64,000 nucleotides of DNA from Vicugna vicugna. Lineage: Eukaryota. This document shows positions 55,202 through 64,000 of this stretch, piece after piece (position 1 is the stretch's first letter; each line of letters begins with the position of its first letter). The position numbers and the translations under genes are program-made. The notes beneath the pieces are model-generated. The model was not told the origin of the DNA. It searched no databases and saw nothing but the letters and a program-made list of their open reading frames with translations. Location: contig MU058000.1 in NCBI GenBank assembly GCA_013265495.1, positions 868,001 to 932,000 of the forward strand. The letters are read 5' to 3'.

Positions 55202-55917
55202 TGCGGGGAGCCGCTCGTGACGGAGGGCTGCCGAGCACAAAACTTGGGCGTAAAACCCCAAAGTGCAGGGCGCCAGGCTCTGAGATTGAAGCTGCCGAGC
55301 ACAAAGGATGGGCCTAAACTCCCACAGTGCGGGGCGCCCGGCTCAAAGGTCAATTGAGTTAGAACAATCTCTGTCCCGCCACCTCTTTTACTAAAGAATG
55401 CACCAGGTGCGCCTATGCCTGAGGAAATATCCTGAGCTATTAAGTCACAAAGGACCTTCAGAGGGAGAGATACACTCGGCACACAAGTCAGTGATCTTTT
55501 TAGAGAACAATCACCTGAGATAATAGCACACGAGTCACAATGTTAGCTTAGAGGAACAATGCCTTAGTTTATCATCTTGGTTCCAGGAACTCTTAATCTT
55601 AGTTTTACGAGAACTGTAAACAATAATGATGTCTGTAACAATATACAAGTTAATGATTTTAGTACACGTTGTTAATGTGCCTTAAAACAATACCTTTGCC
55701 TACATGCAGGAATGTATGAGCTAATGGGTTAAAATCATATAAATTAACTGCAAGAAATAAACTCGTCGTCCACTCTTGACCTAGCGTCTTGCGGGCTAGA
55801 GTGAGACCCTCTCAACCCCAATTTGTCTTGTCTTGCTGTCTCTTTGTTACGTCTTTCCTTTTCTCAGTCCTGCAGCACAGGTTTCTGGACCTGATCGGTT
55901 GTCGGCTGGCTCCGACA
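55202..55917 (+). repeat. 5' LTR of the betaretroviral provirus (716 bp)
   Basis: TGCGGGGAGCC...GGCTCCGACA; TATAAA 55738-55743 closely followed by AATAAA 55756-55761, implying a short R as in betaretroviruses; the U5 end recurs at about 58943-59008. Confidence 0.93.
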
Positions 55918-55919
55918 AG

Positions 55920-55937
55920 TGGCGCCCGAACGGGGAC
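55920..55937 (+). other. Primer-binding site, tRNA-Lys3 type
   Basis: TGGCGCCCGAACGGGGAC, one mismatch to the Lys3 PBS TGGCGCCCGAACAGGGAC, 2 nt after the LTR. Candidate major splice donor AAA|GTAAGT at 56011. Confidence 0.9.
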
Positions 55938-56041
55938 CTGAAATCTGGAAGGACTTTGCTGCAGCGACCGCCGCGGAAGAGAACAGAGAGCTCTCGGATT
56001 TAAAGTGAAAGTAAGTTTCCGCGGGGAGTGTATTTGAGAGT

Positions 56042-57697
56042 ATGGGGCAAAATAATAGTAAAGGTTTATTTGTACAGATGCTTAGAGTTATGTTAAAAGA
56101 AAGAGGAATTCAGGTTACAAAGCAACGTTTAGAACAATTTCTTGTTTTTGTGGAGGAAATTTGTCCTTGGTTTCCAGAACAAGGNNNNNNNNNNNNNNNN
56201 NNNNNNNNNNNNNNNNNNNNNNNNNNNNNNNNNNNATATTGAACCCTCCTACTAATCCAGATTTTAAAGAAATTCCTTCTGTTCCTCCTGCAGTAAATGC
56301 AACCGATAGTCCTTTTGATTCAGAACTAGATCCAGCTGATCAAGAGGAGTTAGAGTAGAGGANNNNNNNNNNNNNNNNNNNNNNNNNNNNNNNNNNNNNN
56401 NNNNNNNNNNNNNNNNNNNNNNNNNNNNNNNNNNNNNNNNNNNNNNNNNNNNNNNNNNNNNNNNNNNNNNNNNNNNNNNNNNNNNNNNNNNNNNNNNNNN
56501 NNNNNNNNNNNNNNNNNNNNNNNNNNNNNNNNNNNNNNNNNNNNNNNNNNNNNNNNNNNNNNNNNNNNNNNNNNNNNNNNNNNNNNNNNNNNNNNNNNNN
56601 NNNNNNNNNNNNNNNNNNNNNNNNNNNNNNNNNNNNNNNNNNNNNNNNNNNNNNNNNNNNNNNNNNNNNNNNNNNNNNNNNNNNNNNNNNNNNNNNNNNN
56701 NNNNNNNNNNNNNNNNNNNNNNNNNNNNNNNNNNNNNNNNNNNNNNNNNNNNNNNNNNNNNNNNNNNNNNNNNNNNNNNNNNNNNNNNNNNNNNNNNNNN
56801 NNNNNNNNNNNNNNNNNNNNNNNNNNNNNNNNNNNNNNNNNNNNNNNNNNNNNNNNNNNNNNNNNNNNNNNNNNNNNNNNNNNNNNNNNNNNNNNNNNNN
56901 NNNNNNNNNNNNNNNNNNNNNNNNNNNNNNNNNNNNNNNNNNNNNNNNNNNNNNNNNNNNNNNNNNNNNNNNNNNNNNNNNNNNNNNNNNNNNNNNNNNN
57001 NNNNNNNNNNNNNNNNNNNNNNNNNNNNNNNGATTTTGTTGCTCGCCTTATGGAGACCATTGGTAAGGTTATAGGGGACGAGCAAGCAGGATTGGTTTTA
57101 GCTAAACAATTGGCCTATGAAAATGCTAATTCTGCTTGCCAGGCAGCTCTTAGACCTTATAGAAAAAAGAGTAATTTGGCTGATTTTATACGAATTTGTG
57201 CTGATATAGGACCTTCCTATGTTCAAGGAATAGCCTTAGCCGCTGCTTTACAAGGAAAAACAGTAAAAGAGGTTTTATTTCAACAAAATCGTCCTAAACA
57301 CAATTTCCAAGGATCTTCCAGAGTAGCTGGTCCTCCTGGTAGTTGTTATGTGTGTGGCCAATTGGGACATCGAGCAAATCAATGTCCTAAACGGGGACAG
57401 CAGCCAATGGGTCAAAATACATTAGTTACAGGCCCAAGCCTGTGTCCCAGATGTAAAAATGAAAAACATTGGGCTAAGGACTGTCGATCTAAAACTGATA
57501 TAAATGGACAACTTCTGAACCAGGGAAACTGGGTGAGGGGCCAGCCCCAGGCCCTGAAACAATGTTATGAGGCAATTCAGGAGACCTCTCAGGTCAGCCA
57601 CAACCCGTTTCTTCCCGACCAAGTATTTCAGACCTCTATAGAGCAACCCCAGGGAGTGCAGGATTGGACCTCTGTGCCACCACCTACACAGTATTAA
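56042..57697 (+). CDS. gag: Betaretroviral Gag (MA...CA-NC), interrupted by N-gaps; intactness unknown
   Basis: MGQNNSKGLFVQMLRVMLKERGIQV...EEICPWFPEQG (myristoylated beta-type MA); DFVARL at the CA MHR end; two CCHC knuckles CYVCGQLGHRANQC and CPRCKNEKHWAKDC; C-terminus QDWTSVPPPTQY. A TAG lies at 56356-56358 in the inter-gap island. Confidence 0.85.
56185..57031. other. Assembly gaps (N runs 56185-56235 and 56363-57031)
   Basis: Runs of n in the sequence. Confidence 1.
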
Positions 57698-58459
57698 CCC
57701 CAGAAATGGGAATGCAAGCCCTCCCTACTGGAATTTATGGGCCTTTACCTCCTGGCAGTGTAGGATCATTATTAGGACGCAGTAGTACAACTATGAAAGG
57801 GTTACTTGTTGCTCCAGGAATGATTGACTCTGATTTTGAAGGAGAGATCAAGGTAATAGTTCATTCTCCTAGAACAATAACAGCCATTCCTGCAGGCCAA
57901 CGTATTGCTCAATTGATATTGTTACCTACTCTTACTGTTGGAAAGAATAAGTCTAATTTTAAAAGAGGCACTGCAGGTTTTGGTTCCTCTGATGCTTATT
58001 GGGTTCAACAGATAAGCGATCAGAGACCTGAGTTAACTTTAACTTTAGAGATGCAAAAAATTTAAAGGCATTCTAGATACTGGAGCAGATATTTCTGTAA
58101 TTGCTGCTTCCCACTGGCCTGAACACTGGCCAAAGCAAATTGCTCTCTCTATGTTACAAGGAATTGGCCAGTCTCGTAATCCAGAACAAAGTTCTGCTTT
58201 TCTTTCCTGGAAAGATGAGGAAGGACATTCTGGGGTATTTCAACCATATATCCTTCCTAATTTGCCTGTTAATTTATGGGGAAGAGATATTATGTCAAAC
58301 ATGGGAGTATTTTTGTATAGTCCTAATCCTACGATTTCTCACCAATTGCTGTCACAAGGACTATACCCAAATCAAGGCTTAGGAAAGCACAACCAGGGAA
58401 TTACTCAACCCTTGCAGGTTAAAGGAAAGAGAGATAGAAAAGGCTTAGGGTATTTTTAA
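57523..58459 (+). pseudogene. pro: Betaretroviral pro (dUTPase, aspartyl protease, G-patch), disrupted
   Basis: -1 frame relative to gag. dUTPase motifs AGLDL, GRSS, IDSDFEGEIK, QRIAQL, RGTAGFGSS; protease ILDTGAD and NLWGRD; G-patch GLYPNQGLGKHNQG. In-frame TGA at 57568-57570 and a frameshift near 58045-58060. Confidence 0.9.
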
Positions 58460-58938
58460 TGGGGGCCTTTGATCGTCCTGCGGCCCATGCGGATCCTATT
58501 GTATGGAAATCTGATCAACCTGTATGGGTCGATCAATGGCCCCTTTCTCAAGAAAAAATTGCCGCTGCGAAACAATTGGTGCAGGAACAATTGGACAACG
58601 GACATATTGCTCCTTCTAATTCGCCTTGGAATTCTCCTATATTTATTATAAAAAAGAAGTCTGGTAAATGGAGATTGTTGCAGGATTTACGTAAAGTAAA
58701 TGAGACTTTGGAATTGATGGGTTCTTTACAACCTGGTCTGCCTACTCCTATGGAAATTCCTGAAGGAACTTATAAAATTATAATTGATTTGAAAGATTGC
58801 TTTTATACTATTCCTTTATATCCTGATGATTGCAAAAGGTTTGCATTCAGTGTTCCTTCTACAAATTTTAAGGAACCTATGCAACGTTATCACTGGATAG
58901 TCTTGCCTCAAGGTATGGCAAACAACCCCACCTTTTAG
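58459..58938 (+). pseudogene. pol: Betaretroviral pol, N-terminal RT only (truncated)
   Basis: -1 frame relative to pro. [51 protein letters not shown]; stops before the YMDD motif. Confidence 0.92.
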
Positions 58939-58942
58939 TCTT

Positions 58943-59008
58943 GTCTTTCTTTTCTCAGTCCTGCAGCACAGGTTTCTGGACCTGATCGATTGTCGGCTGG
59001 CTCCGACA
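58943..59008 (+). repeat. Residual 3' LTR (U5 end only)
   Basis: Matches 55851-55917 with one substitution and one 1-nt indel; followed by the TSD. Confidence 0.92.
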
Positions 59009-60084
59009 GGACAGCAGAAACTTCATCTTAGTCAGTTTATGTCCCTAATTCTGGGGTGGGTGGTGCAGCAGGGGGCAGGGGGGCGATGTGAAGGCATTTG
59101 ATAAGTGCGTGGGGGCGGTCCTCCAAGTCCTTGCTGTCATTTGGGCCCAAGGCGTCTGCTGAGAAGTCCACTACTCATCTGGTCCTTGGTTATCAGTTCA
59201 CTCAGGTTGCCAAGGAGACATCTATCCTCTCTTCCATAAGTTTCAGACTCATTAGCTCACTGTTCCACTTCCTATACCTTTAGGGGCACAGCAATTGCTC
59301 TGTCATATTCTGTGAGGCCACGGTGGCTCCTTCGAGCTGTCTCAGAAGCACCAGGTAGCCATTCCTTCTTTGCATCTTGCTGCTTTCTCCCAAGGCTCTT
59401 CCCTGAGAACGAGGATCCTCTTTCCTGCTCCTAAATGCCTCATCTCACGCCTACCTGGGCATCTTAATGCCTCCCTGGGGTTGGCCCCATGTACCCCTTC
59501 CTCAGCATCCCTGATTTCTATAAGCTCATTGCCTCCCTTTATACTTCCTAGCTCAAGCTTGGAAAATTCTTTTAAATCTAGGGAGAAATCCTTTCTCTTT
59601 TATCCATGATTGATTTCTCTCTAAAAACCAATACCCCAAATTCTGTTTGCTTCACCTAAATTCCTAGTCTTATGGAAAACCCAAATCTAGGATGAATCTT
59701 AAAGGCTGTTTGCCTTTCCCTTTGCCTGTCTCTCTGCCTCCCATCTCCCTGCAAAACAAGTGCAGGCTAGCTGTGCTGCTTGCGGGTGGGCGTGGGGAGA
59801 AGGGTAGAAAGGTGAAAGGACATACAGGGAAAAAATATTGGTTAATATTTCAAATACATGATCCTGCCACACCAATAATAAAGTACCCACATTTGTGAAT
59901 GATGTATCTTCTTTATAAATTGGAGTGATTTCAAGGTTGTCCTATAATAACTTCCATCCTATTGTTCCATTGGATTTCAGCTCAATCATTTCTCCCTCAG
60001 GGAAGGGTCTTCTGACCTTCCCTCATCTATGCTTTCATAGCATTATTTCCCCTCCTCTCATAATACTTAATGTCATTTAAAAAA

Positions 60085-60230
60085 ATTCTAGTAAAGTACA
60101 CATAACAAAATTTGCCATCTCGACCATGTTTATGTGTACAGTTCAGTGGCGTTAAGTACTTTCACATCTTTGTGCCAGCATCACCTCCAGTCCAGCCGCA
60201 GAGTTCTTTTCATCTCATAAAACTGAAATC
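60085..60230 (-). mobile_element. L1MA-type 3' end fragment
   Basis: acacataacaaaatttgccatct...gtgtacagttcagtggcgttaagtac...aaactgaaa. Confidence 0.75.
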
Positions 60231-60716
60231 CTTTTAAGTTATTTGTGTGATTCTTTGATTAATGCTCCACTAGCCTCTCAGCTCTGTGAGGACTCAGACT
60301 GTGCCCTGTTCTCCTCATCACTGTATTTTAGCGCCTGGTACCGTGTATACCATAGAGGATCGCTCAACCAGTGTTTACTGAATGAGTGGGTGCCTCTCAC
60401 CTGCTTTCCTTATCTGTATTGTTGAGTAGGAGAGGAGCAAGGTTCAACTGGTGTGCCAGAAATTTTTCTCAACCCTGAGTGCACGTGGGAGTGTGTTGTA
60501 CAACTTCCCATCCTCTAGAAAAAGTTGAAGATTTTGGATTAACGCAATAGACTCAGACTGCATCTTTTCCCCAAAACCTAATGAAATAAGAAAAAAATCA
60601 TAAAAGCAGAAAAAAGTCTTAAACAGTAACAAAAGGAAGAAAGAGATATAATGTAGTTATAAGGTTATAGATATATAATGTCTTTTTATAGATAACTGAT
60701 AACTATGTACATAATA

Positions 60717-60782
60717 CCTATCTACCTACACTATATCTATCTATCTATTTATCTATCTATCTTTCTTTCTTTCTTTCTATCA
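60717..60782. repeat. Compound (TCTA)n/(TTTC)n microsatellite
   Basis: Directly visible. Confidence 0.85.
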
Positions 60783-61379
60783 ACTTATAAGATATAATAA
60801 ACTTTAAAAACTAGCTTCTGTGGAGAGCCTCAGAAGATGCTGGAAAAGATAGAATCCTAACTTTGCCTGGACTCTTCACAAGCTAGAATTCTCACTAATA
60901 GCCCCAAATTTGAAGAGGAGCAAACTGAGCAAACTGACCTAAATTTTTCTTCATCTGACCGAGGAATGGTGGGAGTGGATACTGAATGAAAATGGTGAGG
61001 GTTGTTCCATGGTCAGGCATGGAATTGGAGAAGCCTCCTGAAGCCCAAGGTTGCCTGCTGAAGCCCAAGGTCACCTAACAATGGGAGTGAGATACATTGC
61101 CATGTGCATGAATCTTACAGTACAGATATCATATAGTGGAGCAGAGATCAGGATTAAGTTTCCCAACCCAGTCTGCTCTACCCTGCCTACCATCTCAGGT
61201 GACTTCTTCCAGCTGTGGCTTGGACAGGAAACTAAACTGGTTTCTAAATAGTATGAAGACAGTCAAGCAGTCAGCCCAGTGTGTCAGGTCAGATGGAAAG
61301 TCTACTCGGGGCTGTTGAGAATGAGCGAGATATAAACAGCATGGCAGTGACGCAAACCTACTAGAGCAAGAGAGTCAAC

Positions 61380-62480
61380 AAGCAAACCACAAACTGAAGC
61401 GAGCAAGCAAGAAGTATATCACAGAGACTGTGTTTTAAAAGAAAACATGACTCAAGAAACAGAAGAAAATTCTTTACAGTCACTTTATGTTATAGAACAA
61501 TTTGTTATAAGAGAACAAATATAGTAAGTAAAAAACTCAAAGATAATAAAACAAGAGAGTAAAATCAAAAAGTTATGGAAGAGCTACGGAATTAAATTCA
61601 AGAGCTAACTGATGTCACTCTAGAGCTAATAATTGGTAACAGCAAAGAACAAAATTTAAACATTGCTGAAAGTTGAATCATTAATATAGAAGAAAGACTT
61701 GCAGTCTTGGTAAATGTAATTAAGAGAACAGAAGTTAAAACAATCAAATTGAAGCTAATAGAAATAAAGTACAAAAAAACTACGTAAAAGTATGGGGTAT
61801 CTCTAAAGACGGATTCAGGGAAATAATGAAGAAACTGTTCTCTAGAAGACAAAACTGAGTCTGTAGATCCAAAGGGCATGCTGTTTTCTAGGAAAATTAG
61901 AAGCATAAAGCTCAACACTAAGACATATTTGAGTTAAGAAATGGAAATTGAATAATAAAGAAATAATTCTTTAGGAATCTAGAGAGAAAAAGCAAGCCCT
62001 TTATAAGGAGAAAAAAAGCATGAGGTTGGTCTCAGATTTCCCCACAACAATATTTAATGGCAGAAGACAATGGAAGCAGAGCTCTAAAATCCCAAAAGGG
62101 AAGTATTTGACCTTGGGTTCTTTTACTTGTCTGAAGTGACGTTCAGGTGCAAAGGGAATTTTGAAACACAAGAGATATTAACAGCACCTGTAGGAACTTC
62201 TTGGGGGTGGGGGAACTGCATGCACATAAAGCCAGCCACTTAACATGTGAATCAGAATGCAGAATACAGGAGTATTCGAAGCCCTGGTAAATACTGGTGG
62301 TGAAAACTGAATTCGTATAAATGTAGAACTAACATTAAACAACTGTGGGAAATATAGGTAGATAAAATGGGAGTGTTATAAACATGGACAATGTAAAAAT
62401 AATAATATAGCTAGCAAATATTAAGAAGTGGGGGAGAGAAGAGAAAGAAATGTGAGACTATTGAAATCTTTATGTTTCAT
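61380..62480 (+). mobile_element. Degenerate L1 ORF1-like / HAL1-like relic
   Basis: A-rich tract with ORF1 C-terminal-like motifs (aacactaagacatattt; gagaaaaagcaag...tataagg; tcagatttccccacaacaa...gcagaagacaatggaag). Confidence 0.55.
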
Positions 62481-64000
62481 AGGAAATAGCGGAGTGAAGA
62501 GAAACTACCAAAATATGCACCCTTAAAAAAGACTGCAATTCTCTGACGTTTTTAATAAACTAATTTCTTAACCTCAGAGAGATTAAAAAAAATTTTTTTA
62601 AGTGATGAAAGATTTATTTGAAGTTCAATAGTTCCTTCTATTTCACCATTTCTTTTATTTTTGTAAAATCAAAGTAAATTTGAAACTATTTCTTTTTAAT
62701 GAAGACATTCATATGCAAGAATAAACTCATTTTAATAAACACATTTTTTGCCTTTCTCTTTCTCTTCTATCTTTTCTTCTCTCTGTATTTGTGCCTAGAA
62801 AGACATGCGTGACCATTTTAACTTAATATGAATAGTTATTCCTGACATGGGATTTGAATTTCTTTTTTGACCTTTGCCTTTGTGATTTTTCTACATTCTT
62901 TACATTTTTATGATAGATGTGTGCCATTTTTTATAAAAATGAGTGATTTTTAAACTTAAAAACCAAAGAAAAGTGTGGAAATCAATATGATATTAGCAGT
63001 GGCTAACTATGGGAGGATGGAAATTGGATGGTTATTAGATTTTCTTTGTACTTTTCTGTACTTTTAAAATTTTCGAAAAATTTGTGGAGAGAAAAATAAA
63101 AAGGATAAATTGAGGATATCTGCTTTTTATCAACTGAATAGCAATCATGCTGGTGTCATTTATGGGCTGCCTAAGACATTCAAGGACAGGTTGACAGAAA
63201 GACTGGCAGGCCAGAACAGGATCTGTTGTAGTAAGCCACAGGATATGGGTCCCTGTGGCACACGGCCACTCTTGGGTGGTCCAGGAGAAAGGTGACAGTG
63301 TCTGTATACTAGGAGCCTCTTTCAAGGCACTGGGAGAATCATAGAAATTTCAAGAGAACAGTCAGACCTATTCATCATTGCATATACTTAAATATGCCAT
63401 GACTCAGTTTTCCCCTTTACACCTAGTAAAGTCTGGAAACACTCATAGGTGTTAATTTTTTCATTGATTTTGTAATGGAATTTTATTCTATGTATTAAGT
63501 GTTCACACAGAGGGAAATATATCAATGAAAACTAGTGAAACAATAAAAGTTTTGTACCAAAAATAGGAGTAGATTTTGCTATACTATTATGAAGAGGCTA
63601 TGATGCCCAAACAGTAGGTAAAGCATAAAACCTGTATAGCTAAAAAGTAGCTGCATATTCGTAATGCCTTTAACCACGCTGGTCTGGCCCTCCCCTTGGT
63701 GCTCTGAGACAGGCAGGCGCGGCAAGGTCAAAAGAGCATGAAGTTTGAAGTCAAATTCCTCATATTCTGCCTACAGTTTCCCTCTTTAGGAAGTGGAGAT
63801 CCTATGACCCACTTTGTCGGGTTTGATTCAGATGACCTATGTATGTATGTAGAGCAATGAACAGTTAGTTCAAGGGAGGTAACTGCTATTGGAGCACGTG
63901 GATGAGCAGGGAAAGACGCTTCCTCTTCTCTGGAATGACCAGTGACTAGCCGCTACTGAAAGGTGCTCTCGGCCTTCCTAACTGCTGTCTTTATTTCCAA

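Larger units (their letters stand above)
55202..59008 (+). mobile_element. Endogenous betaretrovirus (ERV2), 3'-deleted provirus
   Basis: TG...CA termini; identical 6-bp TSD GGACAG (55196-55201, 59009-59014); order LTR-PBS-gag-pro-pol; RT joined to the last ~70 nt of the 3' LTR. Confidence 0.96.

Noticed and set aside
56264..57085. 273-aa and 236-aa minus-strand ORFs
   Set aside because: Artefacts of translating through N runs.
57460..58935. APOBEC3 hypermutation of the provirus
   Set aside because: The few plausible G-to-A changes (TGA at 57570, NEKH, GMIDSD, ANNP) fall in mixed dinucleotide contexts, and most Trp codons are intact. It cannot be supported without a family consensus and a Hypermut-type test.

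Overview
Mammalian genomic DNA, most likely a camelid: it carries tRNA-derived SINEs of the camelid Vic-1 type and a young L1 3' end. No prokaryotic features. The left half (1-31 kb) holds the 5' part of SEL1L, the ERAD adaptor of the HRD1 complex, on the minus strand. Coding exons 1-10 were placed to the base using GT-AG boundaries and reading-frame continuity; the gene continues off the left edge. Its CpG-island promoter at about 30.7-31.3 kb contains CCAAT/GC boxes, ERSE-like and ERSE-II-like elements and two opposed ZNF143-type motifs. The right half is intergenic and repeat-rich (L1, L2, MIR, MaLR/ERVL LTRs, a hAT/Zaphod-like transposon relic, SINEs). The most notable element is a relatively young endogenous betaretrovirus at 55202-59008. 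It has a perfect 6-bp TSD, a 716-bp 5' LTR, a tRNA-Lys3-type PBS, a JSRV-like gag, an SRV-1-like frameshift pseudoknot and dUTPase-protease-G-patch. Its RT is fused directly to the tail of the 3' LTR, so the rest of pol and env are missing, and two assembly N-gaps fall in gag. Repeat family names come from recalled consensus similarity, not a database search, and boundaries of old repeats are approximate.
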